A stretch of DNA of 64,000 nucleotides, from assembly GCA_011049115.1 (NCBI GenBank), contig DSCM01000051.1:8010-72009 (forward strand). The letters are read 5' to 3'. Within the stretch, counting starts at the first letter, position 1. Each line of letters starts with the position of its first letter. The stretch is from Pseudomonadota bacterium. Its GTDB lineage: Bacteria; Desulfobacterota; Anaeroferrophillalia; Anaeroferrophillales; Tharpellaceae. The notes under the pieces are model-generated. The model was not told the DNA's origin. It saw only the letters and a list, made by a program, of their open reading frames with translations, and did not search any database. Position numbers and translations under genes: made by a program. This document shows, in pieces, positions 19,146 through 28,295 of this stretch.

Positions 19146-19940
19146 TCAGAGTCCCCGTGCCGCGCTCAAGAGCAACATAATATCATTAAACAGCAAGCGA
19201 TATAAATCAGCCAGCAGATTTGCCAGATAAGGAAAAAAAAAGCCGATCAAAAACATTCCCAATAGAATTTTCAGAGGCATCCCGACAATAAAAATATTCA
19301 TCTGCGGCGCGGTTCTGGCCACCACTCCGAGGCTGACATCACTAAGAAGCAGGGCCGCCATCAGCGGGGCGGAGATTTTAACCGCCGTGGCAAAAATAGC
19401 ACTTGAATAACGCAGCACCAGCTCCAGCAAGCCCTCTCCCGGTCTGAAACCAGCCAGCGGAATCAAAGAAAAACTTTCCGCCAGCGCCTTGAAAATCCAG
19501 CGGTGCGCTCCAAAGGCCAGAAACAACAGCATCGCCAACATATAATAAAACTGGGCCATCAACGGAACCTGCAGACTGGTCACCGGATCAACCACATTGG
19601 CGACCGCAAAGCTCATCTGAAAGCCAACCATTTGACCAGCGGTCTGGACTGCGGCAAAAACCAGTTCGGCGAGCAAGCCGACCAGCATACCGATGACCAT
19701 CTCGCTCAACAGGACCAGTGCAATTTCCGGCAGGCCCCTGGCAAAGAGCGGTTCTCCGCGAAGGGGCGGCACCAGGTTAAAAAAAAGCAGCGCCAGCAAC
19801 AAAGAAAAGGCAATCTTCAAGCGCGAGGGCACGGCCTGATTACTTAACACCGGAAAGAAAAAAAGCAACGCCGCGATCCTGGTCAACAACAGAAAGAAAT
19901 GGCTGAGCTCGACAACCGTTATAATCGGAGAGAAATTCAT
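19146..19940 (-). CDS. fliR: flagellar export apparatus protein FliR
   Basis: 264-aa polytopic membrane protein between fliQ and flhB, with FliR-like sequence. Confidence 0.9.
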   Translation of the reverse strand: MNFSPIITVVELSHFFLLLTRIAALLFFFPVLSNQAVPSRLKIAFSLLLALLFFNLVPPLRGEPLFARGLPEIALVLLSEMVIGMLVGLLAELVFAAVQTAGQMVGFQMSFAVANVVDPVTSLQVPLMAQFYYMLAMLLFLAFGAHRWIFKALAESFSLIPLAGFRPGEGLLELVLRYSSAIFATAVKISAPLMAALLLSDVSLGVVARTAPQMNIFIVGMPLKILLGMFLIGFFFPYLANLLADLYRLLFNDIMLLLSAARGL

Positions 19941-19968
19941 TTAGGACCGAATTCAACTGGTTTATAAT

Positions 19969-20238
19969 TCAATGAATAACCGCTGGAATCGAAATTATGA
20001 GCCGGGTGGTGAAGTCAACCATATACTGCAGCATCCACGGGAAAAAATAGATAACCGCCAGAAAAACAATCACAATTTTCGGGACAAAGGTCAACGTCAT
20101 TTCCTGAATCGAGGTCACAGTCTGAAAAATGCTGATCAGTAAACCGACTGCCAGCCCGGTCCCCAGCATCGGCGCACAGATCAAAAGGGTGGTCTCCATC
20201 GAACTTTTGGCCAGAGCGACAATAAATTCAGGGGTCAT
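19969..20238 (-). CDS. fliQ: flagellar export apparatus protein FliQ
   Basis: 89 aa with two TM segments (MTPEFIVALAKSSMETTLLICAPMLGTGLAVGLLISIFQTVTSIQEMTLTFVPKI). Confidence 0.95.
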   Translation of the reverse strand: MTPEFIVALAKSSMETTLLICAPMLGTGLAVGLLISIFQTVTSIQEMTLTFVPKIVIVFLAVIYFFPWMLQYMVDFTTRLIISIPAVIH

Positions 20239-20293
20239 TTTTGATTTCCTTTAATTTTTTCCGATCCGTTTTCCCGCCGCCGGAGGCGGCGCG

Positions 20294-21061
20294 TCAAAAA
20301 CTCTGCATCAGAGAACCAACCATCAGGCGCCAGCCATCGGCCATGACAAAAAGAATCAACTTGAAAGGCAGAGAAATCATGACCGGCGGCAACATCATCA
20401 TCCCCATCGACAACAGAACGCTGGCAACCACCATATCAAGCATTAAAAAAGGAATATAAATAAGAAAACCGATCTGAAAAGCGGTTTTCAGCTCACTGAC
20501 AATAAACGAAGGAATCAGCACGTGAGTGGGAATATCAGCTACCGTCCGCGGTCTCTCCACCCTGGCCATGGCAATAAACATGGCCAGGTCGTCTTCATGA
20601 GTCTGTTTAAACATAAACTGGCGCAACGGCTCCAGGGCCAAGGAGAAAGCCTCCTCCTGACCAATAGTCTCAGCTATATAAGGTTGAAAGGCTTCCCGAT
20701 TGATCCGTTCAAAAACCGGATACATGATAAAAAAAGTCAAAAACAGACTGAGGCCGACAATCACCTGATTGGGCGGCATGGTCTGAGTCCCGACGGCCTG
20801 GCGAAGAAAATGAAAAACAATCACCAAACGGGTGAAGGAAGTCATCAGAATAAGGATTGACGGCGCCAGGGCCAGCACCGTCAATAGCAGCAGAACCTGA
20901 ATGGCAACCGATACCTGAGCGGGCTCCGTACTCGAACCAACCCCGATCTGCAGAGTTGGAATTGCAATTTCCGCAGCCGCCGCGGCGTTAAGCGGCAACC
21001 AGAACAAGGCCGGAAAAACACCCAGGAAGGTCAACCGAAACAACTTGCCAAATCGCTTCAT
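20294..21061 (-). CDS. fliP: flagellar export apparatus protein FliP
   Basis: 255 aa. A signal-like N-terminus is followed by LLLLTVLALAPSILILMTSFTRLVIVFHFLRQAVGTQTMPPNQV, the conserved FliP core. Confidence 0.95.
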   Translation of the reverse strand: MKRFGKLFRLTFLGVFPALFWLPLNAAAAAEIAIPTLQIGVGSSTEPAQVSVAIQVLLLLTVLALAPSILILMTSFTRLVIVFHFLRQAVGTQTMPPNQVIVGLSLFLTFFIMYPVFERINREAFQPYIAETIGQEEAFSLALEPLRQFMFKQTHEDDLAMFIAMARVERPRTVADIPTHVLIPSFIVSELKTAFQIGFLIYIPFLMLDMVVASVLLSMGMMMLPPVMISLPFKLILFVMADGWRLMVGSLMQSF

Positions 21062-22251
21062 CCTCGCCGACTCCGCTCTCCATTATTATCCTGAAGACGA
21101 TTTTTTATCTGGCTGACGACCTCGCGGTAATTATCCGGTAATTCCACCTCTTTCATCTCATCTGCCACCGTCATCATGGCCGTTTTCCCCTGAACAACAC
21201 TGCCACCGGTGCCTTCGGAAGGAGGAATATCATTACCAGAAGAATCATTACCTTTCCGCAGGAAACCTTCCAGGTAGCTGCCGAAGCGCCGGACCCGATC
21301 TTGTTCGGCCCGCAGCAGTCGCAATTCCTCGATCTTTTCCGCATCTTTGATCGTCGTCAGGATCGTCATCCGATCTCCGTTTGTGCCCACCACGAGAACC
21401 TCTCCCAGCAGCTCCAGAAACATAATCTGCTGTTTTCCGGAAATGACTTCAATCCCAAGAATTTTTATCAAGCGGGACCGACCGGAAACCCCGCGCCCAC
21501 GACGAAAACGTTTCAGCAATCCGACCATTGCCACAACCATAAAAACAACCACCAGCAACGCCAGCAGACTTCTCAAACTCGACTTCAGTAAAGAAGGCGG
21601 AGCATCCACCTCCCGAGAAGGGACCAAAGCAGACGCAGGCTGGCGATCCTCGCCGGCAAGCAGTATTTGTAGACGCGCCATTTTAACCTTGCCGGCATCA
21701 TCCGGATCCATGACCGGGCTTGCCGCCAAAGTTTCCTTCCAGGGACGGTACTCTTTTAAAAGAACTATCTGCAAGTTTGTCGGCAGGCGCTCCAAGGCAA
21801 GAAAAGCTTTCATTTTTAATTCCGGATCGCGTTTCCTCAGATAGCAGTATGAGTCGCCCGCCTTCCTAACCACGCCAAATCCCGTCACCCAATCATCATC
21901 AAGAACAATTTCCTGAGTTTCCCCGATCAACCCCGAATCGGGCAAGGGCAAAACAATCAGCGCCCCCTGCTCCGCGAACAAGGCGTTTACCGGCGGAGCA
22001 GCTTCTTCATAAGGAAGTGTGAAAATCATCCTTTTTTCAGCTTCGGAGAAGGTCAGCTCGGCGGCGGCGGCGGCTGAACGAGTCAGGCCTTCTTTCTGAA
22101 GATCGAGACCAAGGATACAGACGAACAGAAAAAAAATTAAGCAAACCTGAGACAAAGCACTTTTTTCAAAGCAGGATGCCTGTCCCGAGTATTCCGCCCG
22201 CCTGGTCAAGACCCAGGATAACGGTTGCTTTATACTGGTCATAACAATCAA
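21058..22251 (-). CDS. fliO: FliO-like protein with a large extra N-terminal TM-plus-periplasmic region and a C-terminal tail
   Basis: 397 aa in the fliN-[ ]-fliP slot, with an ATGA overlap with fliP. The TM helix LLALLVVVFMVVAMVGLL is followed by RSRLIKILGIEVISGKQQIMFLELLGEVLVVGTNGDRMTILTTI, which resembles the FliO core. About 225 residues precede this helix, including another hydrophobic helix. Confidence 0.55.
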   Translation of the reverse strand: MIVMTSIKQPLSWVLTRRAEYSGQASCFEKSALSQVCLIFFLFVCILGLDLQKEGLTRSAAAAAELTFSEAEKRMIFTLPYEEAAPPVNALFAEQGALIVLPLPDSGLIGETQEIVLDDDWVTGFGVVRKAGDSYCYLRKRDPELKMKAFLALERLPTNLQIVLLKEYRPWKETLAASPVMDPDDAGKVKMARLQILLAGEDRQPASALVPSREVDAPPSLLKSSLRSLLALLVVVFMVVAMVGLLKRFRRGRGVSGRSRLIKILGIEVISGKQQIMFLELLGEVLVVGTNGDRMTILTTIKDAEKIEELRLLRAEQDRVRRFGSYLEGFLRKGNDSSGNDIPPSEGTGGSVVQGKTAMMTVADEMKEVELPDNYREVVSQIKNRLQDNNGERSRRG

Positions 22252-22273
22252 CCAAACACCTCTTCTTTTCGAT

Positions 22274-22810
22274 CTATTTTAGCTGTTCTATCCGTTCGGT
22301 CGGACTGATAATATCCGTCAAACGAATGCCGAATTTTTCATTGACAACCACCACCTCGCCCCGGGCAATCAACTTGTTGTTAACCAGGACATCAAAAGGT
22401 TCTCCGGCCAGTTTTTCAAGCTCAATCACCGACCCCTGACCCAATTGCAGAAGATCATTGATGATCATCCGGGTTCGCCCAATTTCCACTGAAAGTTGCA
22501 ATGGAATATCCAGGATGAAACCGATATTGGCGGGTAGCTGACGCCGCTGTTCACTATTCAGAGTTGAGAGCAGACCCTCGTCGTCGCTCTGCCGACCTTT
22601 ATCAGCAGCAGAGCCCACGGAAGCCTTAGCGGCTGCTTCGCCCTTGATCAGGGAGCGCTGTTCTTCGAGCTCACCGGCCACATCATCCCAGGAAATATCA
22701 TCAATCAGATCCTGGTTGCTGGGAGCCACGCTCTTTTTCGCCGCCGGAGAGTGTTCCAGATCGCCACTCTCCTCGAGTTCTTTTTTTACCTGATCAAAAA
22801 GATCATCCAT
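22274..22810 (-). CDS. fliN: flagellar motor switch protein FliN
   Basis: 178 aa. It has a C-terminal SpoA domain (IPLQLSVEIGRTRMIINDLLQLGQGSVIELEKLAGEPFDVLVNNKLIARGEVVVVNEKFGIRLTDI). Confidence 0.9.
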   Translation of the reverse strand: MDDLFDQVKKELEESGDLEHSPAAKKSVAPSNQDLIDDISWDDVAGELEEQRSLIKGEAAAKASVGSAADKGRQSDDEGLLSTLNSEQRRQLPANIGFILDIPLQLSVEIGRTRMIINDLLQLGQGSVIELEKLAGEPFDVLVNNKLIARGEVVVVNEKFGIRLTDIISPTERIEQLK

Positions 22811-22820
22811 CTAGCACCTC

Positions 22821-23795
22821 TCATCTTCTCACTTTCTGCTTTAACATTATCGCCTTGGAACCTTTTGAGGTTCCGGCCAGGGCTCGATATTTGAGATGCC
22901 CCTCAACAAAGACCTGCATCAATTCAGTCGCATCCTGACGCAAGGGAACGATATCTCCGACTTTCATCGCCATGAGCTGGCGCGCGGTTATTTCCGTCGT
23001 CCCCAGGGTCACCGAAAGCCCGACATCGACCGCCAACAGACGATTTACCAGACGCCGTAACCATGCGACATCGACCTCCAAGCGCTCACTCTGAAAACCG
23101 GTATAAAGTTTATTACGCAAAGGTTCAACCAGGGAATAGGGGATACAAATCGTAATCGCCCCGGAAAACTCCTCCATTTCCAGGGTAAAGGTAGAAAGGA
23201 TTACCACATCACTAGGAGGAACGATCGTCACAAACTGAGGATTTATCTCGGAGCGAATAAAGCTGAAACGGATATCCTCGATCGGACTCCAGGAGTCCTC
23301 CATACAAACCAGCGCGGCCTCAACCACCTTCCGCACGACCCGTTCTTCAATTGCCGTGAAATCGCGGCCTTCGACCTTGACGGTATCCCGGCCACCTCCA
23401 CCAAAGAACATGTCAATCAGGGAAAAAACCAATTTACTTTCGACAATCACCAGGGCCATGCCCCGCAAAGGTTCCATCTTGAAAAGATGAATGCTGGCCG
23501 GCACCGGAATCGTTTTGAGAAATTCACCGAACTTCATCATATCCGAGACCAGAGGAGAGACATCGATAACTTTATGAAGAAGGGTCGAAAGTGAAGTCCT
23601 GAAGGTCCTGGCAAAACGCTGGTTGATAATCTCCAGCGTGGGCATGCGGCCGCGAATAATCCGCTCCTGACTGGTCAGATCATAAGACCTGAACTCATCT
23701 TCAGCCAGAGGCTGATCAGTTTCGGTTTCAACCTCTCCGTCACCTACGCCCTGCAAGAGAGCATCAATTTCTTCCTGCGAAAGAACCTGACCCAT
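22821..23795 (-). CDS. fliM: flagellar motor switch protein FliM (ORF open to 23840; the likely start is MGQVLSQEEIDALLQG at 23795)
   Basis: It has the N-terminal LSQEEIDALL CheY-P-binding-type motif, a FliM middle domain and a C-terminal SpoA-like domain. Confidence 0.9.
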   Translation of the reverse strand: MGQVLSQEEIDALLQGVGDGEVETETDQPLAEDEFRSYDLTSQERIIRGRMPTLEIINQRFARTFRTSLSTLLHKVIDVSPLVSDMMKFGEFLKTIPVPASIHLFKMEPLRGMALVIVESKLVFSLIDMFFGGGGRDTVKVEGRDFTAIEERVVRKVVEAALVCMEDSWSPIEDIRFSFIRSEINPQFVTIVPPSDVVILSTFTLEMEEFSGAITICIPYSLVEPLRNKLYTGFQSERLEVDVAWLRRLVNRLLAVDVGLSVTLGTTEITARQLMAMKVGDIVPLRQDATELMQVFVEGHLKYRALAGTSKGSKAIMLKQKVRR

Positions 23796-23988
23796 ACATT
23801 TCCACCCGAAGCTGTCCGCGACCGCCTTGCCGAAATTCACATTCCGGCCATTTTCTCACCGTTGCTAAAGTAGCTTAACCCCTCATTACCTAACAAGCTA
23901 GAGCCAGCCGATACAGCACAGCCTTTCCTCTACAAGGCAATAATCCTTGCTTGACAGCTGTTACTTGAGCGGCGGACAACCACTTGCC

Positions 23989-24522
23989 TTACTGAACTAC
24001 AAACTCTTCCCAGTACACCTTGGTGACCTGTCCACTAACCAGATACACATTAACCCGCTTGATAATATCCTGACGCAACAGGAATTTACCCTCCATCGTG
24101 CTGATTTCAGCAGCGGTCTTGGAGCTCAACAGGGTCAGGATCACGTCCCTGATCTGAGCCTGCCGCTTATCCACTTCTTCGAGCAAAACCTCATCACTCA
24201 ATTCGAGCTTCATGGTTACCTTCAGATAACGCCGCGACTTTTTGTCAGCCAGATTAACGACAAACGGCTTCAGAGCAAAAACCGGTAGAATTTTAGGTTC
24301 GTTTTTCTTGGCGGCCTCAAGCTCCGCCAGCTCCTCCGCCGTTGGCACCGGAGTCCGTAAAAAGAACCACCACGCGCCGAAGCCTCCGCCACCAAGCAAA
24401 AAAAACAGCAGCAGAATAATTATCAGAAGCCCTTTTTTTGATTTTTTACCTTCACTGACCGCTTCCGTATTTTCAGAATTATTTATGGCCACTTCATCTC
24501 CTCCCCCAAACTGATATTTCAA
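23989..24522 (-). CDS. fliL: flagellar basal-body-associated protein FliL
   Basis: 177 aa. It has a single N-terminal TM (LLIIILLLFFLLGGGGFGAWWFF), then ...FALKPFVVNLADKKSRRYLKVTMKLELSD... Confidence 0.85.
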   Translation of the reverse strand: MKYQFGGGDEVAINNSENTEAVSEGKKSKKGLLIIILLLFFLLGGGGFGAWWFFLRTPVPTAEELAELEAAKKNEPKILPVFALKPFVVNLADKKSRRYLKVTMKLELSDEVLLEEVDKRQAQIRDVILTLLSSKTAAEISTMEGKFLLRQDIIKRVNVYLVSGQVTKVYWEEFVVQ

Positions 24523-24530
24523 TCAATATT

Positions 24531-25280
24531 TCATTTTTCCCCATCCGACGCGGCCAGCCATTCAGGCAAATAAAAAACAACCCTTCGGTTACGTCGCCGA
24601 TGCTCCGGAGTATCATTGGCAACTAAACCCCGGTCCGAACCATATGCCACCAGTGAAAAACGCTCCGGTTTAAAACCTGCGTGGATCAGATACTCCGTCA
24701 GGCGACCGCCCCGTGCGGCGGCCAGCACCTTGTTGTCGGGAAACCGTACGGTCTGCAAAGGGAAATTATCCGTATAAACTTCAATTTCGATGGGGCCAGC
24801 CCACGTCCGGAAAAATTTCTCAAGATAACGCAAAGCGACCTTGCCCTGGCTTTTCAGATCATCATCCAGGGTACCGAAAAGCTGATCACTGGCAAGCTCC
24901 AGCCGAAGTCCCTGATCGACAACTTCCACCGCCAAACCCGTCTTTCCAAGTTGATTTTCCAGTTGATCCAAAAGACGGGAAAGTGGTTCGGAAAGCTTTT
25001 CGTAATAGTTCAGGTCGCGCACCCTCGACAAACCGTGAATCTCTGCTACCGGAACATCCAGATTAAGACTTGTGCCTCGATTCAAAACCCCCGAAGCCGC
25101 GGGCAGCAGACCACCAAAAACCTTTTGCAGCAAGTCCTTATCAAAAGATGACATGGAGATCAGGAGCACAAAAAAAGTCAGCAACAAGAGGAGCATGTCC
25201 GATAGAGTCACCATCCAGCCATCACCAGCACAAGGTTCACGCGAAATCAAGCTTCCGGTTCCTCGCCTCAGCCGCCCCAT
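24531..25280 (-). CDS. motB: flagellar stator protein MotB (canonical; the channel Asp is present)
   Basis: 249 aa. WMVTLSDMLLLLLTFFVLLI carries the conserved Asp at the cytoplasmic end of the TM helix. The C-terminal OmpA-like domain has ...VYTDN..., LAAARGGRLTEYL and NRRVVFYL. Confidence 0.85.
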   Translation of the reverse strand: MGRLRRGTGSLISREPCAGDGWMVTLSDMLLLLLTFFVLLISMSSFDKDLLQKVFGGLLPAASGVLNRGTSLNLDVPVAEIHGLSRVRDLNYYEKLSEPLSRLLDQLENQLGKTGLAVEVVDQGLRLELASDQLFGTLDDDLKSQGKVALRYLEKFFRTWAGPIEIEVYTDNFPLQTVRFPDNKVLAAARGGRLTEYLIHAGFKPERFSLVAYGSDRGLVANDTPEHRRRNRRVVFYLPEWLAASDGEK

Positions 25281-25292
25281 CTTTACAGCTCC

Positions 25293-26045
25293 TTAAAAAG
25301 TGAAATCTCCAACCCGAAGCTTAGCGGGCCGACCATCCATGCCATAAGCCGGCACACCGCCAATCACCCTGATCCGCAGAGTATCTCCGGGCAAGCTCCC
25401 GGCGCTCTCCCCGGCAACCGGGGCCACACGCCCGAAAGCCAGCACCCGAGCAGCCGGCCACCCTCCCTGAATCGTCATCAGATTATAGACCCTGCCTGCC
25501 CGTAGCGCCGCCAAGGACAACTGTCGCGAAACCTCTGCAGAGCCTCCCCCGGGAGCGGTAAAATCGTACAGTTCGAAGCGAACCTGGGTCAGTCCCCTTA
25601 GAAATTCCGCGATTTTCAGCAATAAGGCTGTTCCCGTTTCGCTAAGACGATCGCTTTGTTCATGGAAAAGCAATGCATGCGGCAAATTAATCATGATGCC
25701 CTGATCTTCGGCAAAGACATCTACCGCTCCGCTCCGCAAAGCCCGACGATGCAAAAAACTGTCTATTTTAGCTCTAAGATCAGAACTTCTCTCCTCCAGC
25801 AACGAGGCATCCAGCAACCGGGCTTCCGGGCTTACCGGCTCCTGACTATTAAAACCACCGTCAATACCTCCAAAACTTCCTTGCAGAGAACCTACTGCGG
25901 CTGCCCTCTTGCTTTCGTCAATCGCCGTCATCGAATAAAAAAGAATATAAAACGCAATCAGAATAAGGCTCAACGAGGCCATCAACGGCGCCAGGATAGG
26001 ATTGTTCCCGTTATCTGAACCCGCCGAAAACCGTGTTTTAATCAT
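25293..26045 (-). CDS. MotB-like protein lacking the conserved TM aspartate, with a degenerate OmpA-like C-terminal domain
   Basis: 250 aa. The TM region NPILAPLMASLSLILIAFYILFYSM has no acidic residue. The C-terminal ...INLPHALLFHEQSDRLSETGTALLLKIAEFL...LSLAALRAGRVYNLM... resembles an OmpA/MotB peptidoglycan-binding fold, but with YDFT where GHTD is usual. Confidence 0.6.
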   Translation of the reverse strand: MIKTRFSAGSDNGNNPILAPLMASLSLILIAFYILFYSMTAIDESKRAAAVGSLQGSFGGIDGGFNSQEPVSPEARLLDASLLEERSSDLRAKIDSFLHRRALRSGAVDVFAEDQGIMINLPHALLFHEQSDRLSETGTALLLKIAEFLRGLTQVRFELYDFTAPGGGSAEVSRQLSLAALRAGRVYNLMTIQGGWPAARVLAFGRVAPVAGESAGSLPGDTLRIRVIGGVPAYGMDGRPAKLRVGDFTF

Positions 26046-26059
26046 CTGCGAACCTAGAC

Positions 26060-26833
26060 TTACACCTTAACGACACGAGATTTACGCCAGGTAGGTGGTA
26101 AGAAGGCTTCAAGACGGTACTGTAAAATCTGGGGATTATCACCCCGGGCGATGGCCACCAGACCTTCAGCAATCAATCGGCGTGAAAAAAGTTCCCGCTG
26201 ACTGCGCCGCCGCAGCTTACCGGCTAAAGGCAGAAAAATAAAATTGGCCAGCACCGCCCCGTAAAAAGTGGTAAGCAGGGCCACGGCCATGGCTGGTCCG
26301 ATAGTTTCGGGGTCATTCATTCTTTGCAACATCTGCACAAGTCCGATCAGAGTTCCCACCAGCCCCATGGCCGGCGCGATGGTCCCCATCGTGGTAAAAA
26401 TATTGGCCCCGAGTTCATGCCGTTCACGCATACTGTCAATATCAAGCGAGAGGATTTCCTCGATCATGTCCGCCTTCAGACCATCTACGAGCAGAACCAG
26501 TCCCTGGCGCATAAAGGGATCCAACGTAACATCATTGCTGTGATTTTCAAGCGCAAGGATACCATCCTTGCGCGAGTCTCTAACTAATTGAACGAGAAAC
26601 TCAATATCCTCACTTAAAGGCATTCGATCTGTAAAAAGAGCGTTTTTGAGGTAACGTAAAAGATTGGCAAACTCAACCAGAGGATAATTAATCAAAGTCG
26701 CCCCGAAGGTGCCGCCGATAACAATCAACAACGAGGGCAGGTTCCAGAAAACCAGCAAACCACCGTCACCGGCAATCGCTGCAAGCACCAGGGAAAAAGC
26801 TGAGAACACTCCCAAAATTGTAGCGAAATCCAT
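26060..26833 (-). CDS. motA: flagellar stator protein MotA/PomA (ORF open to 26866; the ATG at 26833 follows GGGAG)
   Basis: It has four TM segments and the sequences MDFATILGVFSAFSLVLAAI... and ...GTIAPAMGLVGTLIGLVQML...AVALLTTFYGAVLANFIFLPLAGKL, typical of the MotA/TolQ/ExbB family. Confidence 0.9.
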   Translation of the reverse strand: MDFATILGVFSAFSLVLAAIAGDGGLLVFWNLPSLLIVIGGTFGATLINYPLVEFANLLRYLKNALFTDRMPLSEDIEFLVQLVRDSRKDGILALENHSNDVTLDPFMRQGLVLLVDGLKADMIEEILSLDIDSMRERHELGANIFTTMGTIAPAMGLVGTLIGLVQMLQRMNDPETIGPAMAVALLTTFYGAVLANFIFLPLAGKLRRRSQRELFSRRLIAEGLVAIARGDNPQILQYRLEAFLPPTWRKSRVVKV

Positions 26834-26912
26834 GGACTCCCTTTTTCCTGAAAGATTCCGGGCCAAGCCTGTTCTGTTAACTCAAGAGTATGCTTAACTC
26901 AACCAAGAGCGC

Positions 26913-26928
26913 AGCAATGATCATGCCA
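26913..26928 (-). promoter_or_regulatory. sigma-54 promoter upstream of motA (probable start of the long mot-fli-flh operon)
   Basis: The minus strand reads TGGCAT-GATCA-TTGCT with perfect GG-N10-GC spacing, about 80 nt before the motA ATG. Confidence 0.7.
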
Positions 26929-27055
26929 TCTATCTGAAAAGCAATTCCCTGCCCAAAACAGTATCATTAACCCGGGAAAAAAGAAAATAAATTTTCTCAC
27001 GACCGGAACCGGGTGTCAAGACCTTGACAGTTGTCATAAAATCATGCCGATAAGC

Positions 27056-27090
27056 AAAAAAAAGGCGGCCCTCAGCCCAGGGTCCGCCTT
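27056..27090 (-). terminator. rho-independent terminator after the XRE-cupin regulator gene
   Basis: The minus strand reads GGCGGACCCT-GGGCTG-AGGGCCGCC followed by T8. Confidence 0.7.
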
Positions 27091-27117
27091 AAAAATCTTT
27101 GTCGCGACTTGCGTAAA

Positions 27118-27690
27118 CTATGGATGGACAACCGCCAGAATCCGTGCGGTTGTCCCGCCATGACACTGGACCCGATGCGGAATCATTGAGTCATAATAAA
27201 TACAGTCACCCTCATCCAACACATCAGTATGATCTCCCAGAGTTACATCTATCCGCCCTTCGAGAACATAGATAAACTCTTCCCCCTCATGCCCGTAACA
27301 CTTATCATTTTTAATGGTCGCAGGTTCCAGCGTGACAATGAACGGCTCCATGCGCCGGTCTTTTTTACCAGCCCCCAAAGACTGATAAGTATAACCGTAG
27401 CGCACCCCCTCCTTGGAGGCAAAGCGGGAAACAATATGTTCCTCCCCTTTACGAATCAGGGTGAAGGGCTCGGTCTCATGCTGACCGAAAAAGGTACCGA
27501 TGCTGACCCCCATGGCCTTGGCCAGATGAACCAACACCCCCAGCGAAGGTGAAACCAGATGATTTTCAATCTGCGAAAGCACTGCCGTGGAATAACCACT
27601 CTTTTCCGCAAGCTCCTGCAAAGAAATTTTCGCCTTCTGACGCAGTGATTTTATTTTTTCTCCGACCTTTACTTCTTCCATGCATATCAC
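27118..27690 (-). CDS. XRE-family HTH plus cupin-domain transcriptional regulator
   Basis: 190 aa. It has an N-terminal HTH (IKSLRQKAKISLQELAEKSGYSTAVLSQIENH) and a C-terminal cupin domain (GHEGEEFIYVLEGRIDV...IPHRV). Confidence 0.85.
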   Translation of the reverse strand: MICMEEVKVGEKIKSLRQKAKISLQELAEKSGYSTAVLSQIENHLVSPSLGVLVHLAKAMGVSIGTFFGQHETEPFTLIRKGEEHIVSRFASKEGVRYGYTYQSLGAGKKDRRMEPFIVTLEPATIKNDKCYGHEGEEFIYVLEGRIDVTLGDHTDVLDEGDCIYYDSMIPHRVQCHGGTTARILAVVHP

Positions 27691-27735
27691 CTCAACAAAT
27701 TACCGGTCCCGCTCCGTTGACTGAAGAGCTACCGC

Positions 27736-28278
27736 TCAGGCGACCGCAGCGGCGCCGGCTTCGATGGCCTTTTGATTGGCTGGAATCATTTTATGATATT
27801 TAGGATTCAGGGCATCCGCCAAAGCCGCCGTCACCGAGGCCACGGCCACGACCCCGCTTTTCTGGACATAGGCCCCTAAAGCCACCATATTGGCAAGCCG
27901 GTTATTGCCCGCCGCAGCTTCAGAAAGGGCATTGAGATCCAGAGCCAGTAAATCGATATCATCGCGTTCCGAGGCATCAGGGGAAACCAAGGTCTGATTC
28001 AAGATGACAATCCCTCCGGCTTTGATTCGGGACTCGAACTTAATCAGGGAAGGGCGATTCATGATAATCAGCGACATCGGCCTCCCGACCACCGGCGAGC
28101 CAATCGGACGTTCATCAATCACCACCGAGCAATTCGCGGTGCCGCCCCGCATTTCAACCCCATAGGAGGGCAGAAAGGTAACATTTTTATCCTCATGAAT
28201 AGCCGCATAGGCCAGCAGGTTACCAATCAACATGATTCCTTGGCCGCCGAAACCAGCCATGATTACATCATTATACAT
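27736..28278 (-). CDS. 2-oxoacid:ferredoxin oxidoreductase, gamma subunit
   Basis: 180 aa. [26 protein letters not shown]... is the typical gamma-subunit N-terminus. Confidence 0.85.
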   Translation of the reverse strand: MYNDVIMAGFGGQGIMLIGNLLAYAAIHEDKNVTFLPSYGVEMRGGTANCSVVIDERPIGSPVVGRPMSLIIMNRPSLIKFESRIKAGGIVILNQTLVSPDASERDDIDLLALDLNALSEAAAGNNRLANMVALGAYVQKSGVVAVASVTAALADALNPKYHKMIPANQKAIEAGAAAVA

Positions 28279-28295
28279 AATATCCTAACCTGTCT

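Noticed and set aside
26941-26955. A second sigma-54-like site (TGGGCAGGGAATTGC, minus strand) just upstream of the strong motA sigma-54 promoter.
   Set aside because: The spacing is correct, but the -24 half (TGGGCA) is weaker than the neighbouring TGGCAT site. It is not reported as a separate feature without TSS data.
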